Part shown: one piece after another, positions 36,832 through 46,910 of the stretch | How the letters are laid out: the number at the start of each line of letters is the position of its first letter | How positions within the stretch are numbered: position 1 is the first letter of the stretch | From: Nitrospirota bacterium | Lineage (GTDB): Bacteria > Nitrospirota > UBA9217 | Assembly: GCA_963790205.1 (NCBI GenBank) | Contig: CAWBNQ010000001.1 | Coordinates: forward strand, 352,001 to 416,000 | Direction of reading: 5' to 3' | Length of the DNA: 64,000 nucleotides | Notes under the pieces: generated by a model | Databases searched by the model: none | What the model was told of the DNA's origin: nothing | The model's input: the letters and a program-made list of their open reading frames with translations, nothing else | Translations under genes and position numbers: made by a program

Positions 36832-38664
36832 TTATGCGCCGCCAGGGTTGTTTTCCCCATAGGTCCTGATCTCCTCCAGAAACTCTTCGCCGTACCGCTC
36901 AAGCTTCACGTCTCCCACGCCTGAGATCCGCCTCATCTCGGAGGCGGTCTTCGGGAAATGCCTGCACATCTCGTGGAGGGTCTTGTCCGAAAAAATCACG
37001 TAGGGCGGCACGCGGCTCTTCCCGGCGATCCTTTTTCGGATAGAGCGGAGCCGCTCAAAGAGGACCTCGTCGAACAGGCCCTCGTCCGCGGTCTTCCTTC
37101 GCCGCGCTTTTACCTTCACGTCTTCGCGCTTGAGCCCGAAGACTTCTCCTTTTCCCGTGAGCACGGCCGCGCCTTTGGGCGTGAGCCTTAGGACCGGGTA
37201 GCGGTCCCCGTCCTGCCTGATGAGCTCCTGGGCAAGGAGCTCGTTCACGATGAAGCGCCAGTGGTTTTTGTCCTTGTCTCTTCCCGTGCCAAAGGTCTTT
37301 AGCCCGTGGTGTCCGAGTTCCCTCATGCGACTCGTGTCTGCGCCGATCACGATGTCGACGATGTGGACGATGCCGAAGCGCTCGTTGGTCCTGGCCATGG
37401 CGGACATGAGGATCCGGGCATCAAGCGAGATGTCGACTTGTTTTGCAGAGCCGGTGCAGATATCGCACGCCCCGCAATTCTCTTCGGGATAGGCTTCGCC
37501 GAAAAAGGAGAGGAGCTGCTTTCTCCTGCATACGTTGTGGGAAGCGAAGCGAACGGTCTGGTTCAGCTTCTCCATGGCGATCGCGCGTTCCGCTTCGTCC
37601 TCCATCCTGTCGATGAAATATCGGATCTTGGGGATGTCCCCCCTGCTGAAATAGAGCAGGCAATGGGCCGGTTCTCCGTCGCGCCCCGCGCGGCCCGTTT
37701 CCTGGTAATAGGCCTCGATGTGCCTGGGAAGATCGGCATGGACCACGAACCGCACGTTCGACTTGTCGATGCCCATGCCGAAGGCGATGGTCGCAACGAT
37801 CACGGAGATTTCGTCTTTGTTAAAGGCCTCCTGGTTCTTCTCCCGCTGTTCCGCTGAAAGGCCCGCATGGTAAGGGAGCGCCTTGATGCCGCAAGACGCA
37901 AGAGACGCTGCCGTTGTTGTGACCGCATCGCGGGTCGTCCTGTAGATGATCCCCGATTCGCCTTCATGGTCTTTCAGAAAGTCCCGAAGCTGCGCGTCGA
38001 GCTCCGTTTTCGGCAATACTTGGTAGAAAAGGTTAGGCCGGTTGAACGAGGCGCGCACAATATGGGGCGTCCTGAGCCCGAGCTTTTTGATGATGTCCTG
38101 CTGGACCTTCTCCGTGGCCGTTGCCGTGAAGGCGGCAATGGGGACCGTGGGAAACAAGGATGGAATAGCGGAAAGGCCGAGGTAATCGGGCCGGAAATCG
38201 TGGCCCCACTCCGAGATGCAGTGCGCCTCGTCGATGGCGAAGAGCGAGAGGGGGATGCTTTTCAGTGTCTCGATGAACTGCGGCATGGCAAAGCGTTCCG
38301 GCGCGATATAGAGGAGCTTGACCTGGGCGGCCTTGAGCCTTCGGTAGATCCCGGCTATCTCCTGCTGATCGAGGGAGCTGTTCATGAACACGGCGGCGAT
38401 GCCGTTTTCCCTTGCCGCGTCCACCTGATCCTTCATGAGCGAGATGAGGGGGCTGATGACGACTGCCGTGCCCTCCATCAAAAGCGCGGGCAACTGGTAG
38501 CACAGGGACTTTCCCCCGCCCGTGGGCATGACCGCGAACACGTCTTTTTTGCCTAGAATATTCCTGACAATGATCTCCTGGTTCGGCCTGAAGGTCTCAA
38601 AACCGAAGACCGCGCGGAGTGTTTTGTGAGCTGCGGAATGATCGGAGGAAGGGTGAGGGTCCAT
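36832..38664 (-). CDS. recQ: ATP-dependent DNA helicase RecQ
   Basis: MPTGGGKSLCYQLP, DEAHCISEWGHDFRP, QETGRAGRDG, Zn-binding RQC domain, HRDC. Confidence 0.97.
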   Translation of the reverse strand: MDPHPSSDHSAAHKTLRAVFGFETFRPNQEIIVRNILGKKDVFAVMPTGGGKSLCYQLPALLMEGTAVVISPLISLMKDQVDAARENGIAAVFMNSSLDQQEIAGIYRRLKAAQVKLLYIAPERFAMPQFIETLKSIPLSLFAIDEAHCISEWGHDFRPDYLGLSAIPSLFPTVPIAAFTATATEKVQQDIIKKLGLRTPHIVRASFNRPNLFYQVLPKTELDAQLRDFLKDHEGESGIIYRTTRDAVTTTAASLASCGIKALPYHAGLSAEQREKNQEAFNKDEISVIVATIAFGMGIDKSNVRFVVHADLPRHIEAYYQETGRAGRDGEPAHCLLYFSRGDIPKIRYFIDRMEDEAERAIAMEKLNQTVRFASHNVCRRKQLLSFFGEAYPEENCGACDICTGSAKQVDISLDARILMSAMARTNERFGIVHIVDIVIGADTSRMRELGHHGLKTFGTGRDKDKNHWRFIVNELLAQELIRQDGDRYPVLRLTPKGAAVLTGKGEVFGLKREDVKVKARRRKTADEGLFDEVLFERLRSIRKRIAGKSRVPPYVIFSDKTLHEMCRHFPKTASEMRRISGVGDVKLERYGEEFLEEIRTYGENNPGGA

Positions 38665-38857
38665 GAGGCTTCATGATAATCGTGAAAGACGATAATGTCA
38701 AGATGGGTTCTGTCACGGGTGACCGGTGAACTCCATTTTCCGTCTTCTCAGACCGGGTCATTTATGGTATGATAAGACGCTTTTGGAGCTCCATGCCGGG
38801 TCGCTTCGCGGCGCGCAAGCTCTTTGTTGCTGAAAATAATCACAGAAGGAGATAGTC

Positions 38858-39628
38858 ATGAAACTGAAGCATATGATTTTCGGATTGTTCATTGTTGTTC
38901 TGGCGGCAACGTCTGCGCAGGCTATCCCGACGCAGATCACCGTGCACGTGAAGGCCAAGGACGCCAAGTTTGTGGGGACCAGCATGGGAGGCGTCCTGAT
39001 CACCGTAAAGGACGCACAGACCGGGGAACTCCTGGCCAAGGGCTATACCGCCGGCGGTACGGGCAACACCGTCAGGATCATGGAGACACCTGCATCCCGG
39101 GGCGCCTCCATTGCCGACGAGAGCGCCGCCAAATTTACGGCCACCATCGATATCGCCGAGCCGACGCAGGTCGAGGTGACAGCCTACGGTCCTGCGGCGG
39201 CCCTGCAGTCCGCAAGCAGGGTGTCCGCAACCCAGTGGGTGGTCCCGGGCAAGAATATTACGGAGGGTGACGCCTGGTTGATGGAGATGCCGGGGTTTAT
39301 CGTGGACGTCCTGGCCCCTCCCACGCACTCGGTGCTCAAAGGCGGGCCGCAGACCGTCACCATTAAGGCCAATATCATGATGATGTGCGGTTGCCCGATC
39401 ACGCCGGGCGGCCTTTGGGACGCGAACAAGATGGAAGTAAAGGCCCTCTTGAAGAAGAACGGACAAGAGGCCGGCGTCCTGCCCATGCACTATGCCGGCA
39501 GTCTCAGCCAGTTTTCGGGCGCGTGGAGTATAGCGGATGCAGGGACTTATGAAGCAACCGTGTACGCCTACGACGCCGCCACCGGCAATACCGGTATCAA
39601 CAGCGTGACATTCATGGTCGGGCACTAA
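38858..39628 (+). CDS. Conserved exported hypothetical protein
   Basis: Signal peptide ending AQA; AKDAKFVG and MMCGCP motifs; AGGAG RBS. Confidence 0.8.
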   Translation: MKLKHMIFGLFIVVLAATSAQAIPTQITVHVKAKDAKFVGTSMGGVLITVKDAQTGELLAKGYTAGGTGNTVRIMETPASRGASIADESAAKFTATIDIAEPTQVEVTAYGPAAALQSASRVSATQWVVPGKNITEGDAWLMEMPGFIVDVLAPPTHSVLKGGPQTVTIKANIMMMCGCPITPGGLWDANKMEVKALLKKNGQEAGVLPMHYAGSLSQFSGAWSIADAGTYEATVYAYDAATGNTGINSVTFMVGH

Positions 39629-39775
39629 AGCATACAGTGCCCCGGAAGACTTTTGCTTGCCGCATAATGACCGGGAGGGGCCGCCGTTCATCCGCTCGAA
39701 AGAAGCTGTGGAACAAATCCGTTTGTGCGCTTCTGTCCCGCACGACATAAAATTTGAACGAAGAGGATAAAGATC

Positions 39776-40438
39776 ATGACAAGGAACAAGGGCATCACTG
39801 ACTTCCTGAAAATCATTGTGGTGACTTTTTCTCTATTATCCCCCGCGTCCCCGTGGGTCCCGTCCGCATGCGCCCAGACCGTTGACGAGGCGGTCGCTGC
39901 CGTGGAAAAGCACTATCAGGGGCTGAGCGACCTCACGGCAAAGGTGACCCAGAAAAACCATCTCAAGGCCATCGGCAAGACGCAGACCTTCCAAGGCGCG
40001 CTCCTGATCAAGAAACCGGGCAGGCTCCGTCTCGAATACACGAACGGCCAGCTCATTCTCATCGACGGCAAGGAGGCCCTGTTCTATTCGAAAAAAAGCA
40101 GCGAGGAGATCAAGAAAACCTTTGCGAATTTCGAACACATGAACATTCCCGTCGCGTTCCTTTTGGGCGCGGCGCACATCCGGGACGATTTCGAGGTGCT
40201 CCAGCCGGACCCGAAAACCCCGCGCTCGCTTGAGCTGGTCCCGAAAAAAAGCGACGCAGCCATGAAGAAGCTGTATCTCGTATCCGACGGATCGGGCCGC
40301 ATTACCGCGATGACGATCCACGACCGGTCGGGCAATGTGACGGAGATCGCTTTTGCCGATGTGCGCGAAGACGTGGGCCTTGACGACAAGCTTTTTTCCT
40401 TCAAGCCGCCGAAGGGGACGGAGATCATAGAGCAGTAG
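39776..40438 (+). CDS. lolA: Outer-membrane lipoprotein carrier LolA family
   Basis: KKPGRLRLEY, IDGK, LFSFKPPKGTEII. Confidence 0.85.
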   Translation: MTRNKGITDFLKIIVVTFSLLSPASPWVPSACAQTVDEAVAAVEKHYQGLSDLTAKVTQKNHLKAIGKTQTFQGALLIKKPGRLRLEYTNGQLILIDGKEALFYSKKSSEEIKKTFANFEHMNIPVAFLLGAAHIRDDFEVLQPDPKTPRSLELVPKKSDAAMKKLYLVSDGSGRITAMTIHDRSGNVTEIAFADVREDVGLDDKLFSFKPPKGTEIIEQ

Positions 40439-40530
40439 GCGGTAAGCAGCAGGCAGTAGACAGGTGGCGACAAACAGAACCTTATTGGCTTTTCCCAGTA
40501 TGCTGTATGCTATCTACTGTCTACTGTATT
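40432..40530. repeat. Heptamer inverted tract (gcagtag / ctactgt)
   Basis: gcagtag gcggtaa gcagcag gcagtag acagg facing tgctgtatgctatctactgtctactgt. Confidence 0.7.
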
Positions 40531-40550
40531 CATCACGCTAGGAGGTTATC

Positions 40551-41048
40551 ATGGCAGCGGAAAATTCATTCGACGTGGTTTCAAAGATCGACATGGCCGA
40601 GGTGACGAACGCGGTGACGCAGGCCCTGAAGGAGATCGGTCAGCGGTTCGACTTCAAGGGGAGCAAGTCGAACATCACCCAGGAGAAGGACGCGCTCGTG
40701 ATCGTGTCCGACGACGAGTACAAGCTCAAGAGCGTGATCGACATCCTGCAGGGCAAGCTCGTGAAGCGCGGGGTCCCGGTCAAGAACCTGTCCTACGGCA
40801 AAGTGGAGGCCGCCCTCGCCGGGACCGTGAGGCAGAAGATCACCCTGCAGCAGGGCATCCCCACGGACAAGGCCAAGGAGATCGTGAAGGCGATCAAAGA
40901 TTCGAAGATCAAGGTGCAGGCCTCGATCCAGGCGGACCAGGTGCGCGTTTCGGGCAAGGACAGGGACAATCTCCAAACAGTAATCCAACTGCTGAAAGGC
41001 AAGGACTTCGGCATCGAGCTCCAGTTCGACAACTACCGGAGCGCGTAG
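40551..41048 (+). CDS. yajQ: YajQ-family nucleotide (c-di-GMP) binding protein
   Basis: [36 protein letters not shown]. Confidence 0.95.
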   Translation: MAAENSFDVVSKIDMAEVTNAVTQALKEIGQRFDFKGSKSNITQEKDALVIVSDDEYKLKSVIDILQGKLVKRGVPVKNLSYGKVEAALAGTVRQKITLQQGIPTDKAKEIVKAIKDSKIKVQASIQADQVRVSGKDRDNLQTVIQLLKGKDFGIELQFDNYRSA

Positions 41049-41363
41049 CGGGACCAGCCGGCGCCGCGAGGCTTTCAGCCGCCTCTAACGAACGGCGACC
41101 AGAGACTGCCTCCACAAACACATAATGCACAAGAGCATCTAAACATGTTGGATGTAAATAACCTAACGCTACGCTTTTAAAACTGGTGGTTTCAAGAACA
41201 TCCAGTTGAACGTGCTCCGGTTTTTTTTACGCCGGACGCCCTTTTCTACCGCTCAATCTTCCACTCCCTTTTGTAAAAATTAGAATTCTAAAGTACCATT
41301 CCGCAGTACCATTTCGCACGATTCTCTAAGAGGGCCCCGATCTCTCTAACCAATTATTAAAAC

Positions 41364-41391
41364 TTGCATTTTTTTCGCAAGTTGCTATAAT
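41364..41391 (+). promoter_or_regulatory. Sigma70 promoter of the chemosensory operon
   Basis: TTGCAT-16 nt-TATAAT with extended TG, 30 nt upstream of the ATG at 41421. Confidence 0.65.
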
Positions 41392-41420
41392 TCGGCGATA
41401 ATGCTAAAGAGGGAGAATGC

Positions 41421-42563
41421 ATGAGCCTTGTCGGCAGGCTGGAAGACCTCGCGTTACCCGACATCTTCCAGATCATCAGTCTGAGCAAAAAAACCGGTAC
41501 CCTGATCGTGCGCAGCCGCAAGGGCACGGGGATGGTCGTCTTTAAAGACGGCCAGGTGATCCAGGCGGCGAGCGACAGCATCCGGGACTCCCTCGGCAAT
41601 ATCCTTGTTTCCCAGGGCATGCTGACCGAAGCCGTGTTGTCGCAGGCACTGGCGGCCCAGCGCAAGGACGTCGATAAGCCCCTCGGCATGATACTCGTTG
41701 AGATGGGCGCCGTGCCTGCCCAGACGCTTGAAAGCGTCGTCCGGAAGCAGATCGAAGAGATCATCTACGATCTGCTTGCCTGGGAAGAAGGCTTCTTCAA
41801 TTTCGAGCTCGGCGAGATCGCGCCCAAAGACAAGATCGAGATCGACACCCAGGAGTTCCTCCTCAAGCACGGCATCAGCGCAGAGTACCTCCTGATGGAG
41901 GGCACGAGGATCCTCGACGAAAAACGGAAGGGGATGCCCAGGCCCGCTCCCGCGCCCAAGGCGCCGGGCGCTCACCACGCGAGCTACGAACCGGCCAAGG
42001 AAGAGTTCCGCACGCGCATCGAGACGGAAGCGCCGTCAAAAGCGATCAGCACGCTCAGGTCGATGTTCGACGAACTGCGCTTCCCCACGGCGACCGCCGA
42101 GGTGACGCTCCTCATTCTCCGGTATGCGAGCGAGGTGGTAAACCGCGCCGTCCTGTTCATGGTCAAGAAGGACGAAGTGCGCGGTCTCGGCCAGTTCGGC
42201 ATCGAGCTGAAGGGACATTCCGCGGACCAGGTCGTGCGCAATATCAGGATCCCGCTGAACCAGCCGTCCCTCTTTCTCCCTGTGATAGAAAACCGCCGCA
42301 GCTTTGTCGGCCCGCTCGACCAGAACGAGAGCAACAAGTACCTCATGAACGAACTCGGCGGCATGCTGCCCGATGCCGTGATGGCCATTCCGCTCATTGT
42401 TGACGGCAAGATAGCGCTGGTGGTGTACGGCGACAATCTGCCCGACCGGAAGCCCATCAGGGGGATGGATACGCTCGAGATCTTCATGAGTCAGGCGGGG
42501 ATGGCGCTCGAAAAGGCCCTTCTCGAAAAGAGGCTGGCAGAACTTCAGAAGGAGAAAAAATGA
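41421..42563 (+). CDS. DUF4388 + GAF-like domain protein
   Basis: MSLVGRLEDLALPDIFQIISLSKKTG...F..G, WEEGFFNF, LLMEG.R..DE; C-terminal GAF-like region. Confidence 0.88.
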   Translation: MSLVGRLEDLALPDIFQIISLSKKTGTLIVRSRKGTGMVVFKDGQVIQAASDSIRDSLGNILVSQGMLTEAVLSQALAAQRKDVDKPLGMILVEMGAVPAQTLESVVRKQIEEIIYDLLAWEEGFFNFELGEIAPKDKIEIDTQEFLLKHGISAEYLLMEGTRILDEKRKGMPRPAPAPKAPGAHHASYEPAKEEFRTRIETEAPSKAISTLRSMFDELRFPTATAEVTLLILRYASEVVNRAVLFMVKKDEVRGLGQFGIELKGHSADQVVRNIRIPLNQPSLFLPVIENRRSFVGPLDQNESNKYLMNELGGMLPDAVMAIPLIVDGKIALVVYGDNLPDRKPIRGMDTLEIFMSQAGMALEKALLEKRLAELQKEKK

Positions 42564-42931
42564 AGAACGTTCTGATCGTCGAGGACTCCAAGGCCATTCG
42601 CTCGATGATACGGGTCTCGCTCGAAGAGGACGGGGGGTTTTTTGCGGTCGAGGCGGGCAACGGCTTCGAGGCGCTCAAGACCCTGCCCACCCGCCGCTTC
42701 GACCTTATTATCACCGATATCAATATGCCGGACATCAACGGACTGGAGCTGATCGGCTTCGTGAAGTCCAACCCGGAGTACAAGGACATCCCCCTCGTTA
42801 TCGTCAGCACGGAAAAGAGCGATGAAGACAAGAAACGCGGCCTGGCCCTCGGCGCGTCGGGCTATGTCGTAAAGCCGTTCACGAAGAAAGACCTCATGTC
42901 GATGGTAAAGAGCGTGTTGGAGGGGAAGTAG
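42560..42931 (+). CDS. cheY: CheY-like response regulator
   Basis: VLIVEDS, ITDINMP, VST, VKPF; ATGA overlap; directly upstream of cheA. Confidence 0.9.
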   Translation: MKNVLIVEDSKAIRSMIRVSLEEDGGFFAVEAGNGFEALKTLPTRRFDLIITDINMPDINGLELIGFVKSNPEYKDIPLVIVSTEKSDEDKKRGLALGASGYVVKPFTKKDLMSMVKSVLEGK

Positions 42932-43037
42932 AAATGCGGAATGCAGGAAGCACCCTGCATTCGCGCAGGCGAATACTTAGACTCATTGTCGTCGTACCAT
43001 CCCGCTGGGAATCGCGAGACGGGAATCAAGGGTTGCC

Positions 43038-45041
43038 ATGGCAAAACCAGACCGGTCCATAAAAGATTTTCTTGCTGAAGCGGAGGACATCCTCGAGACC
43101 GCCACCAAGACCATGCTCGCCCTCGAGACGGAGCAAAATGCGGGGCGCTCCGCGCCCGAGCAGGTGAACGCCCTGTTCCGCGCGGTCCATTCGTTCAAGG
43201 GCCTCGCGGGCATGTTCGGGCTGAAGGCCCCTTCCGATGTCTCGCACAAGCTTGAATTCCTCCTCGACGAGGTCCGGCTCGGCAAGGTCGCGCTCAGCCG
43301 GGAGGCCCTCGATGCGCTCTTCGACACGTTGTCCCTGCTCGGCAGGCTGGTCCAGCAGGTCGGCAAAAAGCAGGAGCCGGAGGACATCAGCCCGGCGCTC
43401 GAGCTCATTGACGGCATCCTCAAGGCAAAGCCGTCCGGCGCCGCCGACCGGTCGCTCCTCGACCACATCGACATCGACCGCGGGCTCCTCCAGGTACTGA
43501 CCGAGTACGAGGAATACCGGCTCACGGAAAACATCAGGGAGCAGAAGAACCTGTTCACCCTCAAGGCCTCGTTCGAGCTTGCCGATTTCGAAACGGGCAT
43601 CAAAACTCTGAACGAGGCGCTCAAGAAAAACGCGGAGATCATCTGCACCCTGCCTACGGCCGGCGCCGCGGGGGGCGGGATCGGTTTTACGATCGTTGCC
43701 GGCGCCGAGAAAACGCTGAAAGAACTTTCCACCGCGCTCAATATGCGGAACGTATCGATCGTCCCGGTGCCCTACGTGGAAAGGCGGCGGGCCGAAGAGC
43801 CGCGTCCCGTGGATGCCGGCGCGCTCCGGTCCGTGAGCAACACCGTGCGCGTGGATATTTACCGGCTCGACAGCCTCATGAGCACCGTGGGAGACATGCA
43901 CCTGACGAAAAACATCATCGGCCGCATCGTCAAGGACCTCCGGGCCGCGCAGGGGTTTGCCCACCTTTCCATGGATCTGCACAAGGCGCAGCGGAACCTC
44001 GAGCGCAAGCTGAACGAGCTGCAGGAAGGCATACTCGAGGTCAGGATGGTGCCGATCGGCCAGATCTTCACGCGCCTCGCGCAAGTGGTCAGGAAGTATG
44101 CAAAAGAGGCCGGGAAGGAGATCGACCTCCAACTCTCGGGCGAGGACACCGAGCTCGACAAGCTCATGATCGAGGACCTGGCCGATCCCATCATGCATCT
44201 TATCCGGAACGCCATCGACCACGGCATCGAGCCCCCGGAGGCGCGCCGGCAGGGAGGGAAGCCGGAGCAGGGCAGCGTGAAGCTTTCGGCGTATCCCAAA
44301 GGCAACCACGTGGTGATCACCGTCGAAGACGACGGGGCGGGGATGGACCCGTCGAAGATACTCGCGAAGGCCGTGGAAAAAGGAGTGCTTTTGCCGGACC
44401 ACGGGCTCGACCCGGAGGCCGATCGCAAGGAAATTCTGGACCTCATTTTTCTTCCCGGGTTCACCACCCGTGAAACAGTGACGGAAATCTCGGGCCGAGG
44501 CGTCGGCATGGACGTGGTAAGGAAAAACGTGTCGAAGCTCTCCGGGATGATCGATATAGAAACAGAGCTCGGCGCGGGCAGCAAATTCATGCTCACGCTT
44601 CCGATCACGCTTGCAATCATTAAAGCGCTCATCGTTGAAGCGGGCGGCCAGGTTTTCGCGGTGCCGCTCAGCTCCGTGCTCGAGATCATCCAGACGACGG
44701 AAAAGCAGGTGGAGACCGTCGAGACGCGTGAAGTGATGGCCATTCGTGATGAAACCGTTCCGCTCCTCAGGCTCACGCAGGTGTTCAAGCTGCCGCCGAA
44801 GACGGAGGGGGGGTCGTTATATCTGATCCTCGTGGGGCTGGCCGAGCGCCGGCTGGGGATCGTCGTTGACAGCCTCCGCGACCAGCAGGAGATCGTGATC
44901 AAGCCCCTGGGGAAGCGGCTGACTGACCTGCCGGGCATCGCCGGCGCCACGGAGCTGGGAGACCAGCGCGGCGTCGTGCTCGTTCTCGACGTCGAGTCGC
45001 TGATCGAAGGGGCGATGAAGAAGCTGGTGGCGCGGGCTTAG
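43038..45041 (+). CDS. cheA: Chemotaxis histidine kinase CheA
   Basis: Hpt FRAVHSFKG, HLIRNAIDHGIE, DDGAG, SGRGVGMDVV and a C-terminal CheW-like domain. Confidence 0.97.
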   Translation: MAKPDRSIKDFLAEAEDILETATKTMLALETEQNAGRSAPEQVNALFRAVHSFKGLAGMFGLKAPSDVSHKLEFLLDEVRLGKVALSREALDALFDTLSLLGRLVQQVGKKQEPEDISPALELIDGILKAKPSGAADRSLLDHIDIDRGLLQVLTEYEEYRLTENIREQKNLFTLKASFELADFETGIKTLNEALKKNAEIICTLPTAGAAGGGIGFTIVAGAEKTLKELSTALNMRNVSIVPVPYVERRRAEEPRPVDAGALRSVSNTVRVDIYRLDSLMSTVGDMHLTKNIIGRIVKDLRAAQGFAHLSMDLHKAQRNLERKLNELQEGILEVRMVPIGQIFTRLAQVVRKYAKEAGKEIDLQLSGEDTELDKLMIEDLADPIMHLIRNAIDHGIEPPEARRQGGKPEQGSVKLSAYPKGNHVVITVEDDGAGMDPSKILAKAVEKGVLLPDHGLDPEADRKEILDLIFLPGFTTRETVTEISGRGVGMDVVRKNVSKLSGMIDIETELGAGSKFMLTLPITLAIIKALIVEAGGQVFAVPLSSVLEIIQTTEKQVETVETREVMAIRDETVPLLRLTQVFKLPPKTEGGSLYLILVGLAERRLGIVVDSLRDQQEIVIKPLGKRLTDLPGIAGATELGDQRGVVLVLDVESLIEGAMKKLVARA

Positions 45042-45044
45042 GAG

Positions 45045-45174
45045 AAAAAATCCAAATAATAAATGCCAAATCCCAAATAATGCTCAAATTCGAGATTCGA
45101 GTGACCGGGTTTTGGATTTTGGTCGCTGATTATTGAAGTTTATTCGCGATTTGGTGCTTGGTATTTTGGAGTTC
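45045..45174. repeat. Heptamer-based inverted intergenic element (aaatcc... / ...ttggatt)
   Basis: aaaatccaaataataaatgccaaatcccaaat facing gatttggtgcttggtattttggagtt. Confidence 0.75.
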
Positions 45175-45184
45175 GGTATAAAAG

Positions 45185-45979
45185 ATGTACAAAGAATTTT
45201 ACGGACTGACGGAAAAACCGTTTAACAAAACGCCGGACCCGCGGTTTCTCTACCAGAGCGCCAAGCACGCCGAGGCGCTCGCGAGACTCCAGCATGCGGT
45301 GGACGAGCAGGACATCGTTCTTTTGACCGGTGAGATCGGTTCAGGCAAGACGACGCTGTCGCGGGTGCTGATCGATTCTCTGGATGAGAGCTATCGCCCG
45401 CTGCTCATCATTAATCCCCGGCTCTCGCCGGCACAGCTGCTGCGCACCGTGGCCCTGCGTCTCGGCATGGACGATTCCGGCCGGCACCGGCACGGTCTCC
45501 TGGAGGGGATCAACGCCAAGCTGTACGAGTTCTTCGAGGCGGGCAAGCAGCCGGTGCTCATCATCGACGAAGCGCAGCTGATCCCGGGAAAGGCGACCTT
45601 CGAGGAACTGCGGCTTTTGACGAACTTTCAGCTCGATGACCGCAACCTTCTGGCGCTCGTGCTCATCGGCCAGACCGAGCTCAGAGAGCGGCTGGACCGG
45701 CGGCAATATCGGGCGCTCCGGCAGCGCATCGGGATGCAGTACCATTTGGGGCCGCTCGACGGGGAAGAAACGCGGGAGTACGTGAAGCACCGGTTAAGCG
45801 TCGCGGGCAGGGAAGCGCCGCTCTTCGAAGAGCAGGCGCTTGCTCTCCTGTTCGAGCACTCGGGCGGCGTGCCGCGCCGCATCAATACCATTGCCGGCAA
45901 TGCGCTCATCGAGGGATTCGGACAGAACGCGGAGGTCATCGGTCCGGAGATCATCGAGAGCGTGGTGAAGGACGGGTAA
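45185..45979 (+). CDS. ExeA/GspA-family AAA ATPase (no peptidoglycan-binding domain)
   Basis: MYKEFYGLTEKPF..TPDPRF, GEIGSGKT, IIDEAQ, LIGQ.EL, SGGVPRRIN. Confidence 0.92.
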   Translation: MYKEFYGLTEKPFNKTPDPRFLYQSAKHAEALARLQHAVDEQDIVLLTGEIGSGKTTLSRVLIDSLDESYRPLLIINPRLSPAQLLRTVALRLGMDDSGRHRHGLLEGINAKLYEFFEAGKQPVLIIDEAQLIPGKATFEELRLLTNFQLDDRNLLALVLIGQTELRERLDRRQYRALRQRIGMQYHLGPLDGEETREYVKHRLSVAGREAPLFEEQALALLFEHSGGVPRRINTIAGNALIEGFGQNAEVIGPEIIESVVKDG

Positions 45980-45986
45980 TGAGGAT

Positions 45987-46093
45987 AAATCCGAAATTCG
46001 AAGCACGAAATCCTGAATAATGTTAAAACGGCAAATATTGAGAACCGTGTTCGCTTCGAAGGTAAAAATTAGAGTTTAGAGTTTGTATTTGGA
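45987..46093. repeat. Heptamer intergenic element
   Basis: aaatccg aaattcg aagcacg aaatcct ... ttagagt ttagagt ttgtatttgg. Confidence 0.75.
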
Positions 46094-46098
46094 GAACC

Positions 46099-46767
46099 AT
46101 GGATATTCTCTCAGCGCGAAAAAAGGCGGCGGAGCGGGCAAAGGCCTTGAAAAAGGCGGAGGAGGAGACACCTGCGGCGGTCCCTCCTCCGACGGAGCAG
46201 CAGCCGTCTCCGGCAGAGACGCCGCCCGTACCGCCTGCAGCGGGCGTTGCGGCCGGTCCCGCGGGCAGCGCCGCACCCGCCGCTCCGGAAGCCGCGGCCG
46301 TTCAGGCGTTACCGCCGGACAGGGAGCCGGCAGAGGCCCTTGCTTCGACGCAAGAGATCGAGATGCTCTCGTTCCGGCTCGGCGACGAGGAGTACGCCGT
46401 GATGGTTGATTCGGTGAAGGAGGTCCTCAAGACCCGCGATCTTACCCCCGTGCCGAACTCGCCGGACTATGTGCTCGGCGTCATGGCGCTCCGCGGGCCC
46501 GTATTGCCGGTCATAGACCTCTGCAAGCGGCTCGGCCTGCCCCCCGGGAAGAAGGATGATAAATCGCGGATCATCGTCGTCAGCGTTAACGAAGAGGACG
46601 CGGGTCTCCAGGTGGACCGGGTGACGGGCGTGATACGGATTTTGCCCGAGGCAATGCGGCCGACGCCGGAGACCATCGAGCACGGCGCGGAATTTCTCCG
46701 GGGGATCGCGCGGAAGGACGACAAGCTGTACATCCTGCTCGACATAGAAAAGGCGGTCGGGAGCTGA
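46099..46767 (+). CDS. cheW: CheW with a Pro/Ala-rich N-terminal extension
   Basis: LSFRLGDEEYA, GVMALRG.VLPVIDL, LYILLDI. Confidence 0.92.
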   Translation: MDILSARKKAAERAKALKKAEEETPAAVPPPTEQQPSPAETPPVPPAAGVAAGPAGSAAPAAPEAAAVQALPPDREPAEALASTQEIEMLSFRLGDEEYAVMVDSVKEVLKTRDLTPVPNSPDYVLGVMALRGPVLPVIDLCKRLGLPPGKKDDKSRIIVVSVNEEDAGLQVDRVTGVIRILPEAMRPTPETIEHGAEFLRGIARKDDKLYILLDIEKAVGS

Positions 46768-46910
46768 TTGCCGGCAAGGCTATCCCTGCCATAAAGAACA
46801 ATCAGGCGTTGTTGAGCTTTCGTGACGGTTTTTGTTCGCCGCGATTGAAATTTTTTTGTTTGATCGGATTCCGAAATCAGACTCAAGCTTCAAGGGGGGA
46901 GGAATAAACT

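Noticed and set aside
34471..37012. recQ tail duplication as a DGR template/variable repeat pair
   Set aside because: Differences are not adenine-specific, are mostly synonymous, and no DGR reverse transcriptase is present.
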